Positions 1-12,299 of a DNA stretch of 64,000 nucleotides are shown piece after piece. Each line of letters begins with the position of its first letter. Within the stretch, counting starts at the first letter, position 1. Made by a program: the position numbers and the translations under genes. Source of the DNA: Trichosphaerium sp. ATCC 40318 (lineage: Eukaryota > Protista > Tubulinea); contig JALMLS010000461.1 in the NCBI GenBank assembly GCA_038496445.1, forward strand, positions 242,769 through 306,768. The letters run 5' to 3'. Under the pieces are notes generated by a model. That model did no database searches and was not told where the DNA came from. It saw only the letters and a program-made list of their open reading frames with translations.

Positions 1-686
1 CAATATGGTTAAGCACGTGTACTTAAAATGAAATAGCCCGTATCAATATAACTCAGTGATTGATTATGCATTGTTGGTTAAGGACATCAACTTAAAGTGA
101 AATAGCCCATATCAAAGTACAACTTTTCAATCACCTTCAGAATCTGATTAAGGATGTGTACTTAAAACGTAATGACTCTAATGGTGGCAAATACAACATT
201 GGTTGTTGGCGAGGGTTTTAAACAATCTAATTTGTAATTGTAAACGCTTTTGGAATCAATCTGGTAACTGTGTTAAGTAGGTGAACTTAGATCGTAATAG
301 CAACAATCAATCTAGATAAAGTGCATTAAGGATGTGTGCTTAAAGTGTAATAGCAACAATAGTTCCACTACGTACTTCGTACTACGTAGAACAATGTAAC
401 ATTATTTTTTTTTGCTTTCAAATTGAGACTTTTTATTGAAAGTGTACCCATAGCATGTACTACGTGTGTAGATGCTATGGGTAACGTAGTTTTGAACAAA
501 TGTGCTTTTAAACAGAAAGATTGAAAAAATGCAGTTGTTTTTTGAAAAAACTTTTGCAACAAAAAAACCTCACAAAAAGGCACACGCTAAAAGTTGGGTT
601 TTTCAAAAGCCCTCATGTCAAAGATATAGGCACGAAAATTTGAGCCGATTTGAACAATTTCTGCACATCTCAGCGTGCCCCCTTAA
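1..686. mobile_element. Right end of a DNA transposon terminating at TTAA (Kolobok-like); the left end lies outside the window
   Basis: Ends ...CTCAGCGTGCCCCC|TTAA (682|683-686), read from outside as TTAA-GGGGGCACG, with a subterminal AAATCGGCTCAAATTTT motif. Contains internal repeats and a 12-bp-stem hairpin (445-483). Only one end is visible. Confidence 0.45.
9..360. repeat. Five degenerate ~30-bp repeats (TTAAGGATGTGTACTTAAARTGWAATAGC) with variable spacers
   Basis: Copies near 9, 78, 147, 273 and 326; no open reading frame runs through them. Confidence 0.75.
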
Positions 687-855
687 GTTTATATCAAGTT
701 AGACTAAATGAAGAAATATTGTTTAAGAAAGAATCCAACTTGTCAGGTTGTAAGGCACCCGGACAAGCTCGGTAGGCTCTAATTGCTTCTTTCACTGAAA
801 ATGGGTCAATTTGAACAAATACCCAACCAAAACGACCCAATACCCATATTCGTAG

Positions 856-1230
856 ATGAAACAAATGAATATAACAACTCTACTCTATATACTAGCAATC
901 ACAATAACTTCAGTACGTTTTTGTTCAGGTTTGTTTCGATTGGTAAACAATACGTGTACGGTTGCTTATACTGTACGTTTATAGGTTCTAGCACAAGATG
1001 CATCCGCTGGAGTACCTTGGTGGGGTTTTCTACTCATCGTTGTGGGTTTATCCTGCCCAATATGTGGTTTCGTTACAATTGTTTGCGTGATGGTATGCCT
1101 GACTAGAAGAAGAAGAGTAAAAGAGGAAGATATTGAATGTACTGTATCTGTAGTACCCCCAGAAGTCGAATACGCTGACGAACTAGAAATGGAAGCGGAT
1201 GTAGACTCACCATACGCAGAAGTTCACTAA
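856..1230 (+). CDS. Small type I membrane protein (signal peptide, TM helix, acidic tail), 2 exons
   Basis: Exon 856-912, intron GTACGT...TAG 913-984, exon 985-1230 give MKQMNITTLLYILAITITS|VLAQDASAGVPWWGFLLIVVGLSCPICGFVTIVCVMVCLTRRRR... Confidence 0.65.
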
Positions 1231-1285
1231 AAAGGCTGAAACAAATCGAAAATGGTTTCAAACTAAGGCAATTGCGTAAGTCTAC

Positions 1286-3166
1286 TGAAACGTTAAAGGG
1301 CACACGAAAGATGAGAATACGTGTAAGAAAGACGTGGCCTTAGTTGTAGGATAATAGCGTAATTTATTAGTGACATACGTAATACATTCAGAGAATACAT
1401 TTGTGTATTTCGTCAAAGTTCACAATGAATATCTTCGTGGAAATACTTGGAAAGAATGCATACTGAACATGGTGACGTTGCATGTTACATTTTCCCCCAG
1501 GTTAGAATGAAGTCGGTGAAAGATAAAACAATCACGTGACTTTAGGTGAAAAATGCGTCAAAGTCATCGTTGATCATCTTGAGAGCTTGAGTCAGTCCTT
1601 TGAGTCCTTTGGATGACTTGATCAACTTGATAGCCTTGTGACGTTCTCTATGAGTAGAGAACATGTTTATATTTGATTTGAGCTGTTCTTTGTAAGCACG
1701 AATGTTGGGATACTTGGTGCTTTTGCTGAGAGTATCATACGAATCTTGGAATAACTTTCTTAATGGTTCTTCTTTGTTGTTATTCTTCTTGTTAGTGTTC
1801 TTCTTGTCGATTGTAATCTTCTTAGGTACTATTGTCGGTCTTACCCCCTTGGTTGCATCATTGTTGGTCTTAGATTGCGTTTGTATTGATTGCTGTTGTG
1901 TCTTCTGAGCTGTTGAAGTTACCAATTGATCAACATCAGTGTCTTCAAATATATAAACAGGAGCATCAAATGGTCGTAAATTAGAGGTAAAATAAGGTCT
2001 GAGACGTTTAACTGAGATCCAGCTTTCTTGTTTGAGAATAGTGCCATCGAGTTCTTGAGCGTATATGATAAATTAATCTTAGCGTGGGTCGTAGTTTCTT
2101 CTGTTGAGGAGCACTTGAACTGTCAAATAGATAAACAGAAGTACTAAATGATAGGTTAAAGGTATTTAACTGAGATCCAGATGTCTTAAACCATGAAATG
2201 TTTGTTTTAAGCGTTTAATGTAAATAGTAGCGCTTGAGTTGAGTTCACCAATAAAGGTGTAATACTGAAAGAATACATCACCTCTGGTTGCAAGTCAGTT
2301 GAAATGTATTTAGTAATATGATAAAGATATGGGGATGGGGATGGGGATGGGGATGGGGATGGGGATGTGTGTGCTTTTCTTTTGATTTATGTTTGCTTTG
2401 ACGGACTAGTATGTCTCAGCTGTCAAAAGACAAATTAGCACAGAGTTGTTTAATATGTGTAACCCATAGTCAGTATTGAAACCGTAATGTCTTGAGTGTA
2501 ATTGAAGATATCTTTGGGTATTAGGTTATGAGCCTTTTGTGATCCATGATTGCTTATGAAGCTGCGTGAAATAATTTGAAGTTCAAAATGTTTGTATATC
2601 CTTTATAACCTGAAATATGGAGTATGGACGACAGTGAGCACCATTTGCTATTTGATGACACCTCTCCTTTGAGCATGGACTCCAGTAGCTTTCTTGTCAC
2701 TTCAGCGTCCTGATGTGAGCCTGGTGTGTTGTTTGCCGGTATGGACATCAAGAATATGCATTTCATTTCTTAGCTTGAATACTAGCACATGATCATAAAT
2801 TATAAAAGGACATGAATTGTTGCAGCATGGCTGCTTTATCGACCATATGATTGGAATAGCGCTGGCTGGTGATAATCCAGCGCATGCTGTTATTTAAGTG
2901 ATCCATTGAAACTATCGTAATACATCGTGGTCATGAAGGTTGTGTGCAGTGTAAGTTCAAAATCTGTGTATGTCGCCAAATGAAACGTTAAAGGAATACG
3001 TGTAAGAAAGACGTGGCCTTAGTTGTAGGATAATAGCGTAATTTATTAGTGACATACGTAATACATTCAGAATACATTTGTGTATTTCGTCAAAGTTCAC
3101 AATGAATATCTTCGTGGAAATACTTGGAAAGAATGCATACTGAACATGGTGACGTTGCACGTTACA
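1286..3166 (-). mobile_element. Non-autonomous (internally deleted) LTR retrotransposon, probably Gypsy-derived
   Basis: Near-identical TG...CA LTRs at 1286-1489 and 2981-3166. 5-bp TSD TCTAC at 1281-1285 and 3167-3171. On the minus strand, PBS TGGCGAC follows the 5' LTR and PPT GGGGGAAAA precedes the 3' LTR. Integrase-like remnants SHQDAEVTRKLL and WISVKRLRPY. Confidence 0.92.
2331..2366 (+). repeat. (GGGGAT)6 microsatellite
   Basis: Six perfect copies inside the LTR element. Confidence 0.95.
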
Positions 3167-3347
3167 TCTACGATTAACAGGGCCTTTTTAAAGACAGACA
3201 AACAAGGAACGTAAAGGGACCTTTACGCGCGTAAACACATTGTAAATAATTACCACAAAAAATGAAAATAAAAAAAATCTTTTCTTCGGGTTTGTTTTAA
3301 AGTACACATAAAGTCTCCTGTTTACTGCAAAGAAAGTAGAATTTCTA

Positions 3348-4591
3348 TCAACCCAATTTAAATCCAAGAGTTACTCCTATTACTATCATCATTATAATCA
3401 CAAATCCAAGGTATGTCTTCAATACAGCAACGAAACTAAGGCAACAGTTAACCCAAAAAAAAAATTTAATTTGAAAAATTGATTTCGTACTTTGGAAATT
3501 TACCGTGAATCATCATTGCTAATGTCAAAGTAACTGTATTCCATCGTGTATTTCCTACGCGGTGTATAAGCATTAATTTATGGCAACAAAGGGGAACACC
3601 AAAGGCAGAAATTTTACCAACAAATAAAAAAATGGTTGGCTTGTTAATACCACGTGCCTTTAAAGTTCAAATTATTGAGTGCCATGGCAACGTGATCATG
3701 GCAATTATTACTGTAATAAGTCAATTTTATAATACGCATAATACCACACGTGTACTAAATCATAACAAAACGTACCATAGTAGGTTATGCTAAAAGATAC
3801 AATTAGTATTTGTGTAGACAAAAAAAAAAAAAGAAAAAAGACATTAACTAACCATCATCTGATCATATTCTTGAGAGCTATTCTCTATAGCAGCATCCCA
3901 TGCTTCTGGACCAGATTCACCCTCCGCATTTTGAAAATTTACACCAGCGATGTGCCAATACCTAAACAACTCATAAATTTCGTTTGTTTTTATAATCTAC
4001 TGACAACACTCCGAAACACTTTAAAAACCAACACAGCTTATGCCGAGGGTGACTATATTTAAGACATTCACCACAACGTTCAGCTCAAATAGTTGGTATT
4101 AGTGAGCTCGCTTGATTTTTCGTTTGGTATTTGGGCACGGGACAAGTTTCTGTAAGTCAGGCACGCAAACACATAAGACGTACTTTGTTACATAGCCAAA
4201 ACCCATTCTTTTTTTGTTTCTGTTTACATAATATGGACCGGCAAAGTCGTGAATTACACCTACAAATGCCATCAATGGTCGTACACCTAGTTGGAAATTC
4301 ACGAACCGTCGCTTGTAACTATTCCCAAGTGGCCAATGAATGGTAAAAGCCACCTACAGCTATAAGTAAAGTTTATCGCTTCAATTGAATTTTTTGTACG
4401 ATAATACTGGCAATGGCATCCAAACTATGCCTAAAAAATATTTTAGAATACTACAACGCATTTGAAGGCACACTCATTGGAAAATGGCGTTTATTAGGTT
4501 GAATATTTATTGTAATCTCGTCATTACTCATCAGAATTGGCGTTGATGATTCTGTGGCGCTCATATTATCACTGCGAAGCCTGTTTTGCAT
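3348..4591 (-). CDS. TMEM222: TMEM222 / RTE1-like membrane protein, multi-exon
   Basis: Spliced motifs [43 protein letters not shown] ... NNCHDHVAMALN ... RWNTVTL are family hallmarks. The start may be 4591 or 4564. Confidence 0.88.
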
Positions 4592-5240
4592 GATAACGGC
4601 CGTTTCGTTAAGTCAGGTATTTTTTCTGTTTAAGCAACTACACAACAGATTTCTAAACGGTCATTCCGTACTGGCACAATTTCGTCTTTACGCCACGTAA
4701 CGAGGATAAGTAGGAGAAGCTACGCTTCTTTTACGCAGTTTCAGGCAAGTATAACAAATTTTGCGCAGAAGACAAAATTATCTATTCCCAAGCATACAAT
4801 AAATTAATTGGAGCGTATGGGATTAAATTTAGCCATAAATTCACCAATCCGTTAAATAACTGGCTGATGCTCAGGGCTTTGATAAAATACCCAAATGGTC
4901 CGTTAGAAAGGCATTCGCGAAAGAAAGCGTCAAAAAACAATTCTCACCGGACGATCTGACGCGAATCACTCGCCTTTCACTTCTAGAACCCACAAGCGCG
5001 GAAAAAACCAAACTGGCAAACGAAATTGATGACGTACTACACTACGTATCATCAATAACGCAAGTAGCAACAGAAAAAGTTGAACCACTCCGATCTGTTC
5101 TCGAAAACTGCTCACTGTACCAACACAATGATAACGCAAACGACCTTGCTAAGTTCAAGGATTTTCCACCCATTTTGAAGAATGCGAAGCAACGAAAAGG
5201 GTCATTCTTTATTGTACCAAAAGTTATCGGCGACGCATAA
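4590..5240 (+). CDS. gatC: Mitochondrial Glu-tRNA(Gln) amidotransferase subunit C
   Basis: Exon 4875-5240 encodes WSVRKAF...DLTRITRLSLLEP...LANEIDDVLHYVSSITQVATEKVEPL...ILKNAKQRKGSFFIVPKVIGDA*. Upstream exon 4649-4744 is an Arg/Ser-rich presequence (ISKRSFRTG...RRSYA). The first exon (4590-4616) is tentative. Confidence 0.85.
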
Positions 5241-5636
5241 AAACAACAACAGAATACACAAACGCGCTTATATAACAAGTATAATATAAAAACCAGTGTC
5301 AACAAAATTACATCGTCGCTGCACTACACCATGAATTTTTCGAGCACGCAAACACCCAATATTATGCGTATACCATGCCCCCGTCCTCAATAATTTTTTT
5401 TCAAATATTTCTGAGGGTGGTTTTTTTCAGGACGCTCACTTTTTTGAAAACATGCGAAATTTAAAAAAATTCATCTCCAAAAAAATTCCGAATCTGCTCG
5501 TCTTCGGACTTTGCTCATAACGTAATTCGTATAAACAGCAATAATACGAGAAAAAACAAAAGAGAAGAAGTGTACGTAGGGTTTATAGAACAAGGACGAG
5601 GATACTCCTCGGGATTTTTTTGGTTTTTTTTTAATT

Positions 5637-7820
5637 TTACAATATTTGTTGCATTGGTTTGATTACGTTGTAATCGGCAACACGCGAGTATTTTGGTAAA
5701 CTGTACTTTCCATGTACGGCACGGAGCTGTGACATAGAAGCACCAGAATGTATATTACAGATAATGGCCATGATGTGTTTTACGGAAGAAAAAGAATAGC
5801 CGGTTACTCCCTCCACGTTAAAATTCTAAAGCAGCAAAAAAAAATAAGCACTTTACAATCTAACGACGAAAGATGACGAATAAACGTACGGAACAATCAA
5901 TAGATAATGTTGTGAGAGCAAGATATATGATAGCAGCAGCAATGGTAGATGGATCATACTGCCAAAAAGTTTTGTGCACGAGTGTAGTTTCGGAAAAGTA
6001 CTACGAAGGAGATAAGGAAAAAGTGTGATACAACTTTTAAAAAAAAAAACCCAATAGGGCTGTTTGTGAACAAAGATAGCTAGCGCAGCGCTTGTTTGAA
6101 AAGATAAACATACATGACACAAGTGTTGAAATATATCAGATACAGCACAACCAACCAAAAAATGAGAAAGGAAACTATGTACAGTAGAGATTGTGAGCTC
6201 AAACTTTAGTGTAACTAAAATCTCCGTTTCCATCGTTATTATCTACAACAAAAAACAATTAATAAAAAAATCGAAACACGGACCACTAGTCGTCAATAGA
6301 TCGACTTGTACCAAAAAAAAATTTTCCGTTTTTTTGCTAAAAAGCGCGAGGCACAAAAAGTTTTGCCGCTTGCTGTCATAATTACGGCTCGTCTGGGTTC
6401 GCCCCTTTAAAGCTATCATATCAAAGCTATTGCGTACCTGTTCCCGTGTATAAGTGTTATCCGAAATGTAAACAAACTCATCTACTGGAGGTGGGTGTAT
6501 CTCTTCGTACTTACTAAACAACACTGTTACAAGATGAACGAATAGAAAAAAACCAAAAGCAAGTTCACATTCATAACAAGAACGAAAAAAAAAAAAGAGG
6601 TTGATGAAACAAAACCTAAATATGTACGTATTTAAAATAAGATCTTATTCTAAATACATAAATGAACATATTTAGAACATTCGTTTTGGGTGTGAACGAA
6701 AAACGTTTTAAAGCCCAAGCGGGAACAAAGGGGTTTTTGAAAAAAGTTAAAAAAAAGGATGCGCCCAAAGGGTAAGAATTGATATGTTCGTTTGATGTTA
6801 CCGAATGGGATAAGCATCGTTTACGACATAACAAAAAAAAAGATAAACGGCAAAAAAAAATCTAAATGCGCTTTTCTTCATTAATGCGATATCAAAAACT
6901 CTAAGAACACACGTACGACGCTATAAACATGCATGTAATACCAATCAGTTGTAAATCCGATCGTTCTACAGTTCTCAAAGCAGTATAGCGATCAACGTAG
7001 TGAACAGCCAAAAATAACGTTTGCCGCCGTAGTTTATACTCTTCTGCTACTTCTACGAGCCAATCGACTAAAATCGCTCGCATATTGAGATTAATCTGTG
7101 TTTGAACTTTTTCAAAAGAATATTGCGACTTGAAGTTACGTTGCTTCTCCTAAACCAAACGATTTCAAGTTAGCGCGCGGTTTTTTTTTTCAATTTAAAT
7201 TTGGACAAGGCCGAAAAAAATAGATAGCGCGCGGTTCACGTGCTAACGTACCTCATTCTTTAGCATAGTAGCACGAATATCCTCTGCATACAAGGCACAG
7301 TAGATAATGTCTGCATCAGGCCCGCGATTTGGTTTAGCAAACGAGCGTTGTGTTTGTGTGTAAGGCACTTCGATATCCATTGCCTCTACAACAACGACAT
7401 AAGTTGAGAATGAAAAACCAAGGAAAGTAGGAAGTAAACTGCGAATCGAGCTTGTTGACCGCAAATGAGTTTATAACGCACCTAGTTCTCCGCAAGGACT
7501 AGTTTTCTGGTTCTTAGGCTGTCCTAGAAGTTGGTTTAGACCAAAGGCGCTGACGTTAAAAGATTTGCTTACTAGCTCTGTTTGAATTGCCATTGCCCAA
7601 GTAATCAGCTGTAAGGCCCTAACACCGGTTAATTAGGTCGTATGTCAATTCTTTGGTTGCAACAACGTCAGATCAAGAAACGTACCTTTGCTACCATACG
7701 TTTACGTTTCCTGCTGTTCGCATTAGTAATATCATGGAGTGCGGTTCTTCTAGAGGCCCTTTTCGTCCGGCTTGTCAGATCGGCGCCTTGGAGTTGTTCT
7801 ATTGGAGCGACGGAAGCCAT
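5637..7820 (-). CDS. cycA: Cyclin A-type cyclin
   Basis: N-terminal D-box RTALHDITN, cyclin box [41 protein letters not shown]-terminal [13 protein letters not shown]. Confidence 0.93.
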
Positions 7821-8142
7821 GGAGTATATAGCGACAATTCTCGTTCAACACGAGTGCTTGACAAGCCCAAAATTGAACAAAAGAAATACTTAGATGATTT
7901 ATCAAATTTATTCTTTTATGAAATTTCTCAACTACTTGCTTTGACAGTGCTTATCTTGACCACTGACGCGTGTGAAACATATTAATAAACCACGGTTTGA
8001 ATGATGAAGAATTTACAGCTAACGCCATTTCCCCCTGCATTCCTTTTTAGTAGTTCGTAAAAAAAAATGCTTATTGCAATATTTTAGTGAGTTTAAGAAA
8101 CGCAATTCGTTAGGTTTAAACACGCTTTACGCTTTCACGTTT

Positions 8143-10168
8143 TTATAGAATATTGCAACATAACGCCGACTCGTCGTTTTCGTTTCTACCTCCTATCAGA
8201 GGTCTCTTATCATCTGATCTATAGCTATAGCGTTTAAAGCTCTTAGCACCAGCTTTACGAATTTGACGAGAGTTCTGAAAATTATGTGCTTTGCTTTGCC
8301 ACTCTGCTGCTTCTGGTGATACCTTTTCTTTCTTTTCGGGCATTTTACGACTTTGCTTTGAACGCGCGACAGACTTTTGGGTATTAACCGCGGGCCTGTT
8401 TTGAGTAATTTCTCTGGACTTGTTGATGGGTGTATGCCGTGTATAAGTAGATGACGTGCTACTCGCATGCGCTTTCTTGCCGAAGTTTCGTTCGGGCTTC
8501 TTCAAATTCTTATTTTCGTTAAAAATAGCTTGACGGCCGTTGTTGCTAAGGAAGAGTTAATGAATGCATTACCATGCTATTAGTGATGTGTTTTCGTTAT
8601 ACTATTACCGATTTAAAAAGAGTTGCAACTCGGTTTTTCAAAATATTAAAAAAAACCGGAGAAAACAGTCCCATTTGTTTCGTCACATAGAAATAAAAAC
8701 AAGTAGAATCACACGCGTGAAAGTGACATGGTAAATTAGAATCTACGATTTTTGCGTACGTTTTATGTATTGTTCTACTCTGTGGAGTACTATGTGTCTT
8801 TACCGGAGGCCTATAACTCTTTTTGTTAACACAAAGAGTTATACATTAAGTTTCAAAAAAAAAAAAAAAAGTTAACACAAATAAGATCATTTAGCACTAA
8901 TTAGGTCATTATACTTTGACGTACCATGCTTTTGCAACTTTTTGATTATTATTATTTCCTCCAGCGTAATTTGGTGTACGCCGTACAACACGATTAGATG
9001 ATGCAGTTTTTAGTGTATTATCTTGTAAAGAGTGAGGATTAAAAGCATAGTTTACGTCCCTTTGTAACTACAGAATGTAAAAACTTTCTTTTTTTGGATC
9101 AAATTTCCGTTGAAAAAAAAAAAAAGTGGAGAAACTTTATGCAAACCAAATCATGTCTCTTTATATTTTTTTTTGCATTTATCAATACGTACGTTTAGAA
9201 GTATTTCTTTGTGTAGGTGTATTGAATACAGGTGTTGATTGTGTAGGTTTTAGCTTCGTATAGCCGCTTCGTTTACTAATAAATGAGTTAAATATAGACC
9301 TTTGTTGCAAACAATACGCGGGCAAATAATCGCGGGTTTTTTTTTGTTTAATGAGTTCCCGCACATTTACCCAAAAGGCGCGCGTACTTTATCGTTTGTG
9401 ATGACGGTTTGTTTGAAGATGTAGGTGTGGTTGATCCTTTGAAACTTATTGAACCTATTCCCCATCCTCCTGTTTTCTATAAGCACTCATTAGTATTAGA
9501 TTTATGTTGGGAAAAATGGAGTAAAAAAAAAAAAAAAATGTCAAAAAACATAAAAAACTCCTTTACTGCATGATTTTTTTTTTAGATTAGTTTTTAGAGA
9601 CGTGTCGTAACAATCCAAGTTACTAGTTTGTTTTAAGCAAGTTGCATTCATAGGCAAAGGCATGCATCAATAGACTATCAAAAAGTAGGCCGAGTTTTCT
9701 CCAGTCGTACCTCGAGTTTATGATACAGCGTCGATAAATATGTCATTACTGATCGCCTTGAGTGTCAATTAGCGGACAAATTACTTTCTCGGTAGCTTTA
9801 AGTACCTTTCGGGATATGGTGCAACAAGCATGTCTTCAGGGTTCATTAACGCCACTATGCCAACCTTTTCACCCGCAGTAAACGCTTTTGCTGTATTAGC
9901 TTCGTTTCGTGCAGTTTTTAATGTTTACCTTTTGTATTGTTTTCTAAGGCGTTACTGCTGCGCAGTGAATTAAAGTTGATGAGCTTTGGGTGGTAACTAT
10001 GTAGTATAGCACAAAACGCTTTAAAGTGTTAAAACAATATGAATTATTAGTGTAATACGTACCTAACCCATCTCTCCAGCTTTTCGTAAAGTTAGTAACA
10101 TTGACGTTTTTGTACCCATTCGTTCGAGCCTTACACCAAGCTAGTAATGCTTTAGAGCCCGCCGACAT
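8143..10168 (-). CDS. Calponin-homology (MICAL/EHBP1/smoothelin-type CH) protein with C-terminal CaaX
   Basis: [35 protein letters not shown]...RSVMTYLS. Low-complexity exons link to the ORF ending ALCCNIL*. The join between the two halves is manual. Confidence 0.75.
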
Positions 10169-10448
10169 TAAGGAACCAGAAGACTTGAGCGTTTAGAGAG
10201 TATAGGAAAAATTATTGCCGTTTCATTACGTAAAAAGGCAATATATTTCTATTTAACGCTACAAAACATCCTGATACGTTGCATGTTCACGATGAAGCAT
10301 TTTAAGTGCACCTCGTGTAAACTTTTTGGGATTGTTGAAATCGTGAATGATCTACGCGCGTAAAATTCGCGCCAACAAAAAAATGCGCGGCAACTTTGTT
10401 AAATCCTTTCTTTATCATTACATTATAATTTAATTCATGCATTTAATT

Positions 10449-11747
10449 CTAACCCAATCCAGATAGTGCCATACGCTCCTCGAATATACGCACAAAGATA
10501 GCATTGAAAATAACAGATACTTGCTTTGTATCTACAGCACATGTAGCATGTACCCATATAGATTCACGTTGTGCTTTGTCTTTTATCTTGCGTAGAAACA
10601 ATTTTGTAAAGAACTCTACTCCAGCCTTTGTATCTGATCCAGCTTTATAGTTTGGATAGATTTCACTTACATTAGCGCCACGAGACAGTTTTGTAGAGAA
10701 TAAATCGACTTTGTTCAAAAACAAAATTACTGACCTAGCATAGACGGTTATTACTGCGTTAGTACACTACTAGACGAATTAACGTACCTTCCATTGACTG
10801 CTTCAGAATTTACAAGACTCTCAAACTCTTCTAGAGACTCCTCCATCTGAGTCTTTTCGCTAAACTCGCTTTGCACATCGAATTCATTTAGCGCGCATAT
10901 AAATAAAATGGCTGTAATGTCCTCTTCAAAAGCTCTAATGACATTTGTTAGAATGGGCGTAAGTCTTGGATGATTCTTTAGATATCTCGTACCTGTACCA
11001 CTTTCTTCGCTCAGTTGGTTGACCACCAGCATCCAAAAGCTCCCAAATGAGTTTATCTCTAGCGAACGTAGTACTAGGCTCGAGTTAGACGCGTGATGAC
11101 GTGATGTATTAATGATTTACTGATTTTGGACGTTCAACGTTTAACGCACCGAGCTAATCCAGTACTTCGTTGCCTGGCTTGCAAAATATCGTTATTTGTT
11201 GGATCAAAATCTTCTTGTAGAACGCGGTCTTTGTGTCTTACGTAATACGCGAAATTAGGTGGTATTAGGTCGGTGTCTGTTGACAATAGCTCCGTTATGG
11301 AGGTATCTGCAAGTAATGATCTAACGTGGGCTAGTGCTTCACCTACAAGGCTTAGAAACGTATTATTGCAATATAACGCACTTGTGTCTGGTTGTTCACC
11401 ATCAGAGGTTCGTTTTTTTAACTCTTTGAAGAAAGCAATAGCGTCCTCTGATACTTCACCCTCTGCTTCATCGGCCAGATCTATTGACTGGCTTATATCT
11501 GATAGACCTCTAAATAAGTTTCGCCAAATAATATCTCTGTAGTTTTGCTTCTGTTGGGGCGTGAATACGGCGCTTGCGTCTATATTTTTTAAGTTTGTGA
11601 GCAAAATGGTGAGAACGCACCGGAAGAGTGTATAATCTTCATTTGCTTTGCTATTGTGGATTTACCGCTACCAGCAACTCCCAACGTTAAAATTTTGAGT
11701 GTTTGTTGCGGCCGACTGCCTCCTGCTTTGGAACCTCCACAACCCAT
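10449..11747 (-). CDS. Heterotrimeric G-protein alpha subunit (divergent)
   Basis: MGC myristoylation/palmitoylation start, GVAGSGKST, ILQARQRSTG, DAGGQ, FLNKVDLF, HATCAVDT. Confidence 0.93.
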
Positions 11748-12299
11748 TTATATATAACTACAGCAGCGTTTTTAGTTGGTTTGGAGTTATTCGGACAGTA
11801 ACACACGCGTATGCTTCACGTTGTATTTCGTACCTTGTGTTGGGTTTCTAGAAAGGGGCTTGTATGCTAGTTCTGGAATCACTTGATTTGACTGTTTTTT
11901 TCGGCATGTTTTGAAACAAAAAAAAAACATTTGCTCGCTGCCTGTTTGCTCAATTTGGACCTTCAAATACCACAGTAGGTTATCGGGTTTTCAAAACGTA
12001 ATGCTAATTCCTGCTGCGTGAAACATTTCTAAAAGACTCAAAAACGCAACTGAAGTGCCTATTTAGTAAATATTACGTTCGTTTAAGCGTTAATTAGGTC
12101 AAAACCTCTATACTCCTTGAAAGTAACGTAGATCCCTCACGGCCTCTATATTGCACCTAAAATACTTATAAATAGTCAGTCCTTGTATTTTATGCAAAAA
12201 CACTGAATGAGCGTATTGTTTCGTTATCGAGCGTATTTACGAGGTCAGCACCTAACCAATTACTGTCATGGTACTCACGACTAGTTTGCACGTGGATTA

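Noticed and set aside
9-360. CRISPR array
   Set aside because: Repeats are degenerate, spacer lengths vary widely, there are no cas genes and the context is eukaryotic.
2331-2366. Telomeric repeat
   Set aside because: Short, internal to an LTR element and not seen elsewhere in the window.
5042-5305. Minus-strand 87-aa ORF
   Set aside because: Antisense to gatC.
7642-7985. Plus-strand ORFs
   Set aside because: Antisense to cyclin A exon 1, which carries the D-box.
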